Of a stretch of 64,000 nt of DNA, positions 29,522 through 41,844 are shown piece after piece. The translations under genes were made by a program, and so were the position numbers. Within the stretch, counting starts at the first letter, position 1, and each line of letters opens with the position of its first letter. Source of the DNA: Centroscyllium fabricii (lineage: Eukaryota). A model generated the notes under the pieces. That model saw only the letters and a program-made list of their open reading frames with translations. It did no database searches and had not been told where the DNA came from. The DNA lies in NCBI GenBank assembly GCA_051313645.2, contig JBNRSN020000029.1:44578001-44642000 (forward strand). Direction: 5' to 3'.

Positions 29522-31159
29522 GAGGGATCAGTTTGTGTTATGGAGTGAGGGATCTGTTTGTGTTATGGAGTGAGGGATCAGTTTGTGTTATGGAGTGAGC
29601 GATCAGTTTGTGTTATGGAGAGAGGGATCAGTTTGTGTTGTGGAGTGAGAGATCAGTTTGTGTTATGGAGTGAGGGATCAGTTTGTGTTATGGAGTGAGG
29701 GATCAGTTTGTGTTATGGAGTGAGGGATCTGTTTGTGTTATGGTGTGAGGGATCAGTTTGTGTTATGGAGTGAGAGATCAGTTTGTGTTATGGAGTGAGA
29801 GATCAGTTTATGTTATGGAGTGAGGGATCAGTTTGTTTTATGTAGTGAGGGATCAGTTTGTGTTATGGAGTGAGAGATCAGTTTGTGTTATGGAGTGAGG
29901 GGATCAGTTTATGTTATGGAGTGAGGGATCAGTTTGTGTTATGGAGTGAGGGATCAGTTTGTGTTATGGAGTGAGGGATCAGTTTGTGTTATGGAGTGAG
30001 GGATCAGTGTGTTGTGGAGTGAGGGATCAGTTTGTGTTATGGAGTGAGGGATCAGTTTGTGTTATTGACTGAGGTATCAGTTTGTGTTATGGAGTGAGGG
30101 ATCAGTTTGTGTTACGGAGTGAGGGATCCGCTTGTGTTAATGACTGAGGGATCAGTTTGTGTTATGGAGTGAGGGATCAGTTTGTGTTATGGAGTGAGTG
30201 ATCTGTTTGTGTTATGGAGTGAGGGATCAGTTTGTGTTATGGAATGATGGATCAGTTTGTGTTATGGAGAGAGCGATCAGTTTGTGTTATGGAGTGAGGG
30301 ATCTGTTTTATGGAGTGAGGGATCAGTTTGTGTTATGGAGTGAGGGACCAATTTGTGTTATTGTCTGAGGTATCAGTTTGTGTCATGGAGTGAGGGATCA
30401 GTTTGTGTTATGGAGTGAGGGATCAGTTTGTGTTATGGAGTGAGGGATCAGTTTGTTTTATGTAGTGAGGGATCAGTTTGTGTTATGGAGTGAGGGATCA
30501 GTTTGTGTTATGGAGTGAGGGATCAGTGTGTGTTATGGAGTGAGGGATCAGTTTGTGTTATGGAGTGAGGGATCAGTTTGTGTTATGGAGTGAGGGATCA
30601 GTTTGTGTTATGGAGTGAGGGGATCAGTTTATGTTATGTAGTGAGGGATCAGTTTGTGTTATGGAGTGAGGGATCAGTTTGTGTTATGGTGTGAAGGATC
30701 AGTTTGTGTTATGGAGTGAGGGATCAGTTTGTGTTATGGAGTGAGAGATCAGTTTGTGTTATGGAGTGAGTGATCAGCTTGTGTTATTGACTGAGGTATC
30801 AGTTGTGTTATGGAGTGAGGGATCAGTTTGTGTTATGGAGTGAGGGATCAGTTTGTGTTATGGTGTGAAGGATCAGTTTGTGTTATGGAGTGAGGGATCA
30901 GTTTGTGTTATGGAGTGAGAGATCAGTTTATGTTCTGGAGTGAGGGATCAGTTTGTGTTATGGAGTGAGGGATCAGTGTGTTGTGGATGGAGGGATCAGT
31001 TTGTGTTATGGAGTGAGGGATCAGTTTGTGTTATGGAGTGAGGGATCAGCTTGTGTTATTGACTGAGGTATCAGTTGTGTTATGGAGTGAGGGATCAGTT
31101 TGTGTTATGGAGTGAGGGATCAGTTTGTGTTATCGAGTGGGGGATCAGTTTGTGTTATT

Positions 31160-31344
31160 GGGCAGAAGCATTGAAAGGAAGGATATTATCTCGGATGATG
31201 CGGAATCTATATGGGTAGAACTGAGAAATAGCAAGGGGCGGAAAACTTTAGTGGGAGTGGTATATGGGCCTCCAAACTGTAATATGGAGGTGGGGGAAGG
31301 CATAAAAAGGGAAATTAGAGAAGCGTGCAATAAGGGCACAGCTG
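31160..31344 (+). mobile_element. CR1-type LINE ORF2 endonuclease fragment inside the satellite
   Basis: Translates to ...ESIWVELRNSKGRKTLVGVVYGPPN...EIREACNKGTAV, typical of the CR1 APE-like endonuclease region. No 3' tail and no TSD. Confidence 0.85.
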
Positions 31345-32438
31345 TCAGTGTGTTGTGGAGTGAGGGATCAGTTTGTGTTATGGAGTGAGCGATCAGTTTG
31401 TGTTATGGAGTGAGGGATCAGTTTGTGTTATGGAGTGAGGGATCAGTTTGTGTTATGGAGTGAGGGATCAGTTTGTGTTAATGACTGAGGGTTCAGTTTG
31501 TGTTATGGAGTGAGGGATCAGTTTGTGTTATGGAGTGAGTGATCTGTTTGTGTTAATGACTGATGGATCAGTTTGTGTTATGGAGTGAGGGATCAGTATG
31601 TGTTATGGTGTGAGGGATCAGTTTGTGTTTTGGAGTGCGAGATCAGTTTATGTTATGGAGTGAGGGATCAGTTTGTTGTGGAGTGAGGGATCTGTTTGTG
31701 TTATGGAGTGAGGGATCAGTTTGTGTTATGGAGTGAGGGATCAGTTTGTGTCATGGAGTGAGGGATCAGTTTGTGTTATGGAGTGAGGGATCAGTTTGTG
31801 TTATGGAGTGAGGGATCAGTTTGTGTTACGGAGTGAGGGATCAGTTTGTGTTTTTGACTGAGGGATCAGTTTGTGTTATGGAGTGAGCAATCGTTTTGTG
31901 TTATGGAGTGAGCGATCAGTTTTTGGTATGGAGTGAGGTATCAGATTGTGTTATGGCGTAAAGAGATCAGTTTGTGTTATGGAGTGAGGGATCAGTTTGT
32001 GTTATGGAGTGAGGGATCAACTTGTGTTTTGAGGTGAGGGATCAGTTTGTGTTATGGAGAGAGGGATCTATTTGTGTTATGGAGTGAGGGATCAGTTTGT
32101 GTTATGGAGTGAGGGATCAGTTTGTGTTATGGAGTGAGGTATCAGTGTGTTGTGGAGTGAGGGATCAGTTTGTGTTATGGAGTGAGGGATCAGTTTGTGT
32201 TATGGTGTGAAGGATCAGTTTGTGTTATGGAGTGAGGGATCAGTTTGTGTTATGGAGTGAGGGATCTGTTTGTGTTTTGGAGTGAGGGATCAGTTTGTGT
32301 TATGGAGTGAGGGATCTGTTTGTGTTATAGAGTGAGGGATCAGTTTGTGTTATGGAGTGAGAGATCAGTTTGTGTTATGGAGTGAGGGATCAGTTTGTGT
32401 TATGGTGTGAAGGATCAGTTTGTGTTATGGAGTGAGGG

Positions 32439-33441
32439 TGTCACAGTGTGCCTCTCCCTTTAAGGTTTCAAAGACAGCTTGGTTGTGTGCAGCACAGCTG
32501 TATTGAGGACTTGTTCCCCTGTTATTCTATTATCTTATCGATTATCTGTTTCACTTGCCTGTTTGTCCCTGTTCTCGTTGCCTGCAGCTTATTGGCTAAC
32601 ACCAAATGATCTGTTTGCCGGTTTGGCTCATAAGCTGGAGGTCTTGACGAGACAGGTGCGGGATCATTGAATTAGCTACATTCATTGGATTGGATTGACT
32701 TTCTTCATACTGCTGGAGGAGTTGGTTTCTGTGCTGAGCTGCTGAGAGAGGCAATGGGGTTTGGAGTTCATATCGCTCAGCCTTGACATTGCACTCTGCT
32801 ATCTGAAGCTCAGGCTTGGACATTCATCTGTCGAGTAAGGGTGTTCCCCTGCTAGTGGATCAGGTATTCTCTTCCTCAGAAGACTCCGTGGGAGTGTGTC
32901 TCGACCGCAGGGTGGACTCGGAAGAGATTCAGTATCAACTCCTTGGACATTTGGTCATTATCACCCGAACTCAGGTTTGGACGTTGCTGTAGGGTATGTG
33001 AGGAGTCTTAAGGATTAAGGATGGTATTCTCTTCCTCAGAAGACTCCGTTGGAGTGAGTCTCGACCGCAGGGCGGACTCGGAAGAGATCCAGTATCTACT
33101 CCCAGGACATTGCTTGCACCCACCTGTATTCAGGATTTGGACATGTATTCCTCCGGTCAATGATGCGCTTGGCTGCGTAGCATTCCTCTACTCTATTCCA
33201 CACAATTTTGGAAAGTATTGTACCAGTTCCGAATGGAACTTGTTTTCTATTTCTATCTTGTTATTTTGTAACTGTATGAAGCTTGTGCCAGTCTTCAGCA
33301 AAGACTTGTTTAGATGTGTATATATATTTGTGTATGAATGCATTTATTTGGGTTTTCGGTAATCTGTTTATATTAAAGGAGTTTTGCTTTAGAAAGACGT
33401 TTCAGTGTCTCTGCATTTGGACCCCACCACATTCCATTACA
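32439..33441 (+). mobile_element. Solo LTR, second copy (1003 bp)
   Basis: Near-identical to 28524-29521, with a few substitutions and a 5-bp GGATT duplication. Same GAGGG TSD and same flanking satellite variants. Confidence 0.85.
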
Positions 33442-36400
33442 GAGGGATCAGTTTGTGTTATGGAGTGAGGGATCTGTTTGTGTTATGGAGTGAGGGATCA
33501 GTTTGTGTTATGGAGTGAGCGATCAGTTTGTGTTATGGAGAGAGGGATCAGTTTGTGTTGTGGAGTGAGAGATCAGTTTGTGTTATGGAGTGAGGGATCA
33601 GTTTGTGTTATGGAGTGAGGGATCAGTTTGTGTTATGGAGTGAGGGATCTGTTTGTGTTATGGCGTGAGGGATCAGTTTGTGTTATGGAGTGAGAGATCA
33701 GTTTGTTTTATGTAGTGAGGGATCAGTTTGTGTTATGGAGTGAGAGATCAGTTTGTGTTATGGAGTGAGGGGATCAGTTTATGTTATGGAGTGAGGGATC
33801 AGTTTGTGTTATGGAGTGAGGGATCAGTTTGTGTTATGGAGTGAGGGATCAGTTTGTGTTATGGAGTGAGGGATCAGTGTGTTGTGGAGTGAGGGATCAG
33901 TTTGTGTTATTGATTGAGGGATCTGTTTGTGTTATGGTGTGAGGGATCAGTGTGTGTTACGGAGTGAGGGATCAGTTTGTGTTATGGAGTGAGGGATCAG
34001 TTTGTGTTATGGAGTGAGGGATCAGTGTGTTGTGGAGTGAGGGATCAGTTTGTGTTATGGAGTGAGGGATCAGTTTGTGTTATGGAGAGAGGGATCTGTT
34101 TGTGTTATGGAGTGAGGGATCAGTTTGTGTTATGGAGTGAGGGATCAGTTTGTGTTATGGTGTGAAGGATCAGTTTGTGTTATGGAGTGAGGGATCAGTT
34201 TATGTTATGGTGTGAAGGATCAGTTTGTGTTATCGTGTGAGGGATCAGTTTGTGTTATGGAGTGAGAGATCAGTTTATGTTATGGAGTGAGGGAGCAGTT
34301 TGTGTTATGGTGTGAAGGATCAGTTTGTGTTATGGAGAGAGGGATCAGTTTGTGTTATGGAGTGAGGGATCAGTTTGTGTTATGGAGTGAGGGGATCAGT
34401 TTATGTTATGGAGTGAGGGATCAGTTTGTGTTATGGAGTGAGGGATCAGTTTGTGTTATGGAGTGAGGGATCTGTTTGTGTTATGGAGTGAGGGATCAGT
34501 TTATGTTATGTAGTGAGGGATCAGTTTGTGTTATGGAGTGAGGGATCAGTTTGTGTTATGGAGTGAGCGATCAGTTTGTGTTATGGAGAGAGGAATCAGT
34601 TTGTGTTATGGAGTGAGCGATCAGTTTGTGTTATGGAGAGAGGGATCAGTTTGTGTTATGGAGTGAGCGATCAGTTTGTGTTATGGAGAGAGGAATCAGT
34701 TTGTGTTATGGAGTGAGCGATCAGTTTGTGTTATGGAGTGAGCGATCAGTTTGTGTTATGGAGTGAGAGATCAGTTTGTGTTATGGAGTGAGGGATCAGT
34801 TTGTGTTATGGAGTGAGCGATCAGTTTGTGTTATGGAGAGAGGCATCTGTTTGTGTTATGGAGTGAGGGGATCAGTTTATGTTATGGAGTGAGGGATCAG
34901 TTTGTGTTATGGAGTGAGGGATCAGTTTGTGTTATGGTGTGAGGGATCAGTTTGTGTTATGGAGTGAGCGGATCAGTTTATGTTATGGAGTGAGGGATCA
35001 GTTTGTGTTATGGAGTGAGGGGATCAGTTTATGTTATGGAGTGAGGGATCAGTTTGTGTTATGGAGTGAGGGATCAGTTTGTGTTATGGTGTGTAGGATC
35101 AGTTTGTGTTATGGAGTGAGGGATCAGTTTGTGTTATGGAGTGAGGGATCAGTTTGTGTTATGGAGTGAGCGATCAGTTTGTGTTATGGAGAGAGGAATC
35201 AGTTTGTGTTATGGAGTGAGGGATCAGTTTGTGTTATGGAGTGAGGGATCAGTTTGTGTTATGGAGTGAGGGATCTGTTTGTGTTATGGAGTGAGGGATC
35301 AGTTTGTGTTATGGAGAGAGGGATCTGTTTGTGTTATGGAGTGAGGGATCAGTTTGTGTTATGGAGTGAGGGATCAGTTTGTGTTATGGAGTGAGGGATC
35401 AGTTTATGTTATGGTGTGAAGGATCAGTTTGTGTTATCGTGTGAGGGATCAGTTTGTGTTATGGAGTGAGAGATCAGTTTATGTTATGGTGTGAAGGATC
35501 AGTTTGTGTTATGGTGTGAAGGATCAGTTTGTGTTATGGAGTGAGGTATCTGTTTGTGTTATGGAGTGAGGGATCAGTTTGTGTTATGGAGAGAGGGATC
35601 TGTTTGTGTTATGGAGTGAGGGATCAGTTTGTGTTATGGAGTGAGGGATCAGTTTGTGTTATGGAGTGAGGGATCAGTTTATGTTGTGGTGTGAAGGATC
35701 AGTTTGTGTTATGGTGTGAAGGATCAGTTTGTGTTATGGAGTGAGGGATCAGTTTATGTTATGGTGTGAAGGATCAGTTTGTGTTATCGTGTGAGGGATC
35801 AGTTTGTGTTATGGAGTGAGAGATCAGTTTATGTTATGGAGTGAGGGAGCAGTTTGTGTTATGGTGTGAAGGATCAGTTTGTGTTATGGAGAGAGGGATC
35901 AGTTTGTGTTATGGAGTGAGGGATCAGTTTGTGTTATGGTGTGAAGGATCAGTTTGTGTTATGGAGTGAGGGATCAGTTTGTGTTATGGAGTGAGGGATC
36001 AGTTTGTGTTGTGGTGTGAGGGATCAGTTTGTGTTATGGAATGATGGATCAGTTTGTGTTGTGGATTGAGGGATCAGTTTGTGTTATGGAGTGAGGGATC
36101 AGTTTGTGTTATGGAGTGAGGGATCAGTTTGTGTTATGGACTGAAGGATCAGTTTGTGTTATGGAGTGAGGGATCAGTTTGTGTTATGGAGTGAGGGATC
36201 AGTTTGTGTTATGGAGTGAGGGATCAGTTTGTGTTATGGAGTGAGGGATCAGTTTGTGTTATGGAGTGAGGGATCAGTTTGTGTTATGGAGTGAGGGATC
36301 AGTTTGTGTTATGGAGTGAGGGATCAGTTTGTGTTATGGTGTGAGGGATCAGTTTGTGTTATGGAGTGAGGGATCAGTTTGTTATTGAGAGAGGGATCAG

Positions 36401-37885
36401 TTTGTTATGGAGTGAGGTATCAGTTTGTGTTATGGAGTGAGGGATCAGTTTGTGTTATGGAGTGAGGGATCAGTTTGTGTTATGGAGTGAGGGATCAGTT
36501 TGTTATGGAGTGAGGGATCAGTTTGTGTTATGGAGTGAGGGATCAGTTTGTGTTATGGAGTGAGGGATCAGTTTGTTATGGAGTGAGGGATCAGTTTGTG
36601 TTATGGAGTGAGAGATCAGTTTGTGTTATGGTGTGAGGGATCAGTTTGTGTTATAGAATGAGGGGACGGTTTGTGTTATGGAGTGAGGGATCTGTTTGTG
36701 TTATGGAGTGAGGGATCTGTTTGTGTTATGGTGTGAGGGACCTGTTTGTGTTATGGAGTGAGGGATCTGTTTGTGTTATGGTGTGAGTGACATGTTTGTG
36801 TTATGGTGTGTGGGATCAGTTTGTGTTATGGAGTGAGGGATCAGTTTGTGTTATGGAATGATGGATCAGTTTGTGTTATGGAGTGAGGGATCAGTTTGTT
36901 ATGGAGTGAGGGATCAGTTTGTGTTACGGAGTGAGGGATCAATTTGTGTTATGGTGTGAGTTATCAGTTTGTGTTATGGAGTGAGGGATCAGTTTGTGTT
37001 ATGGAATGATGGATCAGTTTGTGTTATGGAGTGAGGGATCAGTTTGTGTTATGGATAGAGAGATCAGTTTGTGTTATAGAATGAGGGGACGGTTTGTGTT
37101 ATGGAGTGAGGGACCTGTTTGTGTTATGGAGTGAGGGATCTGTTTGTGTTATGGTGTGAGTGACATGTTTGTGTTATGGAGTGAGGGATCTGTTTGTGTT
37201 ATGGAGTGAGGGCTCTGTTTGTGTTATGGAGTGAGGGATCAGTTTGTGTTATGGTGTGAGGGACCTGTTTGTGTTATGGAGTGAGGGATCTGTTTGTGTT
37301 ATGGAGTGAGGGATCTGTTTGTGTTATGGAGTGAGGGATCTGTTTGTGTTATGGAGTGAGGGATCTGTTTGTGTTATGGTGTGAGGGACCTGTTTGTGTT
37401 ATGGAGTGAGGGATCTGTTTGTGTTATGGTGTGAGTGACATGTTTGTGTTATGGAGTGAGGGATCTGTTTGTGTTATGGAGTGAGGGCTCTGTTTGTGTT
37501 ATGGAGTGAGGGATCAGTTTGTGTTATGGAGAGAGGGATCAGTTTGTTTAATGGAGTGAGGGATCAGTTTGTGTTATGGAGAGAGGGATCAGTTTGTGTT
37601 ATGGAGTGAGGGATCAGTTTGTGTTATGGAGAGAGGGAGTTATGGCGGCACGCCCACTGAGACATCGAATCCGCCACGGGGACTCCGCGGAGCAAAGCAC
37701 CGCTCATCCGGGTGACGCGACGACGTCACCACGTCGGCCGACGCGATGACGTCACCAACCGCGGGACTGTTTAAATACGATTGCTGCGAGTGGTTCACTC
37801 TCTTTCTTGTTTGACTTAATGTAATAATGCTGTGTTTTCTCTAGCTCTGGCTCACGTGTGGTTCCTAGGCCTGCCGGCGCGACAG

Positions 37886-37897
37886 TGGTTACCCCGA
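37886..37897 (+). promoter_or_regulatory. Primer-binding site, tRNA-Trp-like
   Basis: TGGTTACCCCGA starts 1 nt after the 5' LTR; one mismatch to the canonical tRNA-Trp PBS TGGTGACCCCGA. Confidence 0.8.
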
Positions 37898-37971
37898 ACT
37901 GGAACGACTTCCAGAGAAGAAAAGCTGCCGCAGGATCTGGGACCACCAGCCAAAGACTTTTTTTAGAAAAC

Positions 37972-40900
37972 ATGGTAAGCCCAAGGAACCAAGCTCCACG
38001 AACGCAGGGAGCTGGACAGAACGCCGGACGTGGACTAACTCTACCCGAGTTCTGGGAGCAACGGCCAGCGGCCTGGTTCATGTGCATTGAGACCAGCTGC
38101 CGCACACATGGCATCCAAGTGGACGACCGCTACGACCTGGTTTTCTCAGCCCTACCACAGACGACGATTGATCGGATGTGATCAAAAATACAGCGCGTGC
38201 CCGTCGCAGGCAGGTATGAAATGCTTAAGGCCGCGCTTATAAATTTTTTTACCCCCTCCCAATTTGAGCGCGACTGCCAGCTCCTCGACCTCCCCGAACT
38301 CGGGGTCGCAGACCCATCGGACCTCTTCGGTCAGATGCAAGCGCTCACACCCAACTCGGCCTCCCTCTTCCGCACCGTCTTCCTCCTTAAACTGCCCCGC
38401 GCCATCAGACCGGCCTTGGCGGCCCTTGGCCACCGGAGCGATGACGAGCTCGGAGAGGAAGCCGACAGGCTCATGGAGGCGCAGCGCACCCGCTCAACCA
38501 CGTGCGACCCTAACTCCGCATCGGTAGAGCGCAGCCAATCACCCCCAGGCATAACTTTACGCCTGATCCTAGGGCCCCGCGCCCACCCAGACAACCGCGT
38601 CCCTCTAGCACCGGCTGGTGCTACTACCACACACGGTTCGAACACAAAGCGCACCGCTGCGTCCAGCCATGCGCGTTTAAGCCACGGCCCAACTCAGCCC
38701 CCACTATGCCTGTAGGCCACACAGGAGCACTGCTCTTCGCCACAGACAGCGGCACAGGCCTCAGGTTCCTCTGCGACACAGGCGCGCAGCACAGCATCGT
38801 GCCAGCCTCCCCTGCAGAAACCAAACAAGGCAACCGGGGCCCACCACTAGCGGCAGCCCAATGGCGCTCCAGGGACTCCGATGCCTACGGCACACTCCTG
38901 GCAGAGTTCCCCACCCTAACCAACCCCACGTTCACCGCCCGCAAGGCCAAACACGGGGTGGAACATTTTATCACGACCACAGGCCCGCCCGTCCATGCCC
39001 ACGGCCGTAGGCTCGACCCGGCCAAGCAGGAGATCGCGCGCACCGAGTTCCGCACCATGGAGCAACTCGGCATTATCCGCCGCTCCAGCAGCCCCTGGTC
39101 CTCTCCGCTCCATATAGCCCCCAAGCCCGACGGAGGCTGGCACCCCTGCGGCGACTACCGCCGCCTTAACAACGCCACTACCCCGGATAGGTACACCGTA
39201 CCCCACATCCAGGATTTTTCCGCCAGATTAGCGGGTTGTACGATCTTTTCCAAGATCAACCTGGTGCGAGGCTTCCACCAGGTTCCGGTGCACCCGGCGG
39301 ACATTCCTAAAACGGCCGTTATTACCCCCTTCGGACTCTTCGAGTTCCTTAGGATGCCCTTCGGCTTTAAAAACGCGACCCAGGCCTTCCAGCGCCTCAT
39401 GGACTCGGTCCTACGGGACTTGAAGTTCATTTTCGTCTATTTAGACGACATCCTCGTGGCCAGCACCTCCCCCCAGGAACACCTCCTGCACCTCAGGACC
39501 CTGTTCCAACGCCTTACCGAACACGGCCTTATCTTAAGCCCCACTAAATGCAAATTCGGCCTCGAGACCATTGACTTCCTCGGCCACCGCATTTCCCAAA
39601 CAGGGGCCATACCCTGTGGTGCAGGCGGTACAAGAATTCCCCCGCCCGCACTCCATTAAAGGGCTGCAGGAATACTTAGGCATGGTTAATTTTTATAACC
39701 GCTTTATCCCGGGAGCAGCCGCTCTCATGGCCCCCTTATACCAGGCCACCCGCGGGCAGTCCAACAAGGCTGCGGTCGAGTGGACGGCCAACGCCGCCAC
39801 CGCCTTCACCGCAACTAAAACCGCCCTGGCAAACGCCACCCTCCTAGCCCACCCTAGGCCCAATGCCAGAGTAGCCCTCACCACCGACGCCTCCGACCAC
39901 GCGGTCGGGGCCGTATTTGAGCAGTGGACCGGCAACTCGTGGCAGCCCCTGGCCTTTTTCAGCCGGCAACTCCGTCCCCCTGAGGTTAAATACAGCGCCT
40001 TTGATAGGGAGCTACTCGCTCTCCATCTGGCGGTGCGACATTTTTGTTTCCTCTTGGAGGGCCGCCACTTTACAGCCTTCAGTGACCACAAGCCACTCAC
40101 GTTTGCGATGGCGAAGGTCGCTGAACCCTGGTCAGCCAGGCAGCAGTGCCAACTCGCGGCCGTGTCGGAATTTACAACCGACATCCAGCACATTTCCGGC
40201 CGCGACAACGTGGTCGCTGACTGCCTCTCACGCCCCACTATTAACGCCGCCCAAATGGCGGTCGATTACGCCTAGCTGGCCGCTGACCAGCTGGCCGACC
40301 CCGACCTACTCAACACAGCAACTAATCTCCCCGGCCTCTACTTGGCTAATATCGCGCACGGCCCCGCTGCCACCGTCGTCTGCTGCGACGTATCCTTACC
40401 GCAACCCAGGCCAGTCGTACCCCACGCTTGGAGGCGACACATATTTAGGACCCTCCATGACCTGTCCCACCCCGGCGCCCGCGCGTCCATTAAATTAATA
40501 TCAGCCCGATTCGTATGGCGCGGCCTGCGCAAGGACGTCCGCGCCTGGGCCAGCTCCTGCATAGCCTGCCAGCGCTCCAAAGTGCATAAGCACATCAGGG
40601 CACCGCTGGAAAATTTTAAAGTACCGGCCAGACGTTTTGACCATGTCCACATCGATCTCGTCGGGCCACTACCGCCATCCCGAGGCCACACGCACCTAAT
40701 GACCATGGTCGACCACAACACTCGCTGGCCAGAAGCAGTCCCCCTCACCGCCACCGGCACCACGGACTTGGCCAGGGCGTTCATCGCCACCTGGGTAGCC
40801 CGCTTCGGTGTGCCCACAGACATCACCTCCGACAGAGGACCCCAGTTTACGTCGGCATTATGGGCGGCCATCGCCCGTGACCTCGGGGTGACACTACACC

Positions 40901-41619
40901 GAACCACCGCATACCACCCACAGGCGAACGGCCTATGCGAACGGTTCCACCGCTCGATGAAGGCATCACAATGGGCCACACTAAAAGACGCATCGTGGAC
41001 CGACCGCCTTCCATGGGTCCTCCTCGGGCTGCGCTCGGCAGTCAAAGAAGACCTTAACGCCTCGGCAGCGGAGCTCGTGTACGGCCAAACTTTAACGGTG
41101 CCGGGCGAGTTCCTGGCTGAGCCCAATGCTCCCTGGTCAGCCGACCAGTATTTAAAAGACTTCGCTAACCCGGCACGAGCTTTCCAGCCACTACCAGTGG
41201 CCCGGCATGGAGAGTCGGCAGCTCGGGTGCCGGACAACATTAAAAACGCGAAATTCGGGTTCGTACGGTGCGACGGACAAAGATCTCCACTACAGCCACC
41301 TTACGATGGCCCCTACAGAGTGCTTCGGGCGGGAGCTAAAGCTTTCGAGTTACAAATGGGCAACAGGACTGACACCTTGACAATAGACCGGCTCAAGCCG
41401 GCACATGTGATAGCGGGTGAGACTACGGTCCCCGCACAACCACCACAACGCGGTCGCCCTCCCGCAACAAAACCCGCCCACACTCCACCGCAGAACCAGG
41501 AGCAACGAACAACACGGTCCGGCCGCATCATCCGGCCGCCCCAACGGCACAACATAGACTCTGTCACTATTCCTCCCGGACGGATTCTGGGGGGAGCTGT
41601 GTGGCGGCACGCCCACTGA
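37972..41619 (+). pseudogene. Disrupted gag-pol of the CsRn1-like element
   Basis: Gag LPEFWEQRPAAWF with an in-frame TGA at 38179 and a frameshift near 38560. Protease FLCDTGA, apparently with an internal deletion after GPPLAAA. RT YLDD, then a frameshift near 39615. RNase H TDASD, then a stop at 40273. Integrase with HHCC, DDE and GPY/F motifs. Confidence 0.92.
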
Positions 41620-41844
41620 GACATCGAATCCGCCACGGGGACTCCGCGGAGCAAAGCACCGCTCATCCGGGTGACGCGACGACGTCACCAACCGTGGGAC
41701 TGTTTAAATACGATTGCTGCAAGTGGTTCACTCTCTTTCTTGTTTGACTTAGTGTAATAAAGCTGTGTTTTCTCTAGCTCTGGCTCACGTGTGGTTCCTA
41801 GGCCTGCCGGCGCTACAGAGTCCTTTTTACCATGTTATATTGGA

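Larger units (their letters stand above)
1..37637. repeat. 25-bp tandem satellite array (consensus GGATCAGTTTGTGTTATGGAGTGAG), continuing beyond the left window edge
   Basis: Near-continuous 25-nt periodicity with recurrent variants, including 23-, 24- and 26-bp units. The plus strand is G/T-rich and C-poor. Interrupted only at 28524-29521, ~31160-31344 and 32439-33441. Confidence 0.99.
37641..41817 (+). mobile_element. Full-length degenerate Ty3/Gypsy LTR retrotransposon, CsRn1/Kabuki-like
   Basis: LTRs at 37641-37884 and 41600-41817. 4-bp TSD GAGT (37637-37640 / 41818-41821). PBS TGGTTACCCCGA (tRNA-Trp-like). PPT GGGGGGAG. CHCC Gag motif CYYHTRFEHKAHRCVQPC. Domain order PR-RT-RH-IN. Confidence 0.95.

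Noticed and set aside
28564-33468. ORFs of 61-113 aa inside the two solo LTRs
   Set aside because: No recognisable domains; they recur only because the LTR is duplicated.
3690-35169. Short ORFs such as CYGVRDQFVLWSEGSV repeated through the satellite
   Set aside because: They are translations of the 25-bp repeat where variants remove stop codons; there is no gene structure.
1-37637. CRISPR array or canonical telomere
   Set aside because: Units are head-to-tail with no unique spacers, there are no cas genes, the context is eukaryotic, and the repeat is not (TTAGGG)n.
37752-41691. Long antisense ORFs over the CsRn1-like element (up to 300 aa)
   Set aside because: Expected shadows of GC-rich coding sequence, with no motifs.
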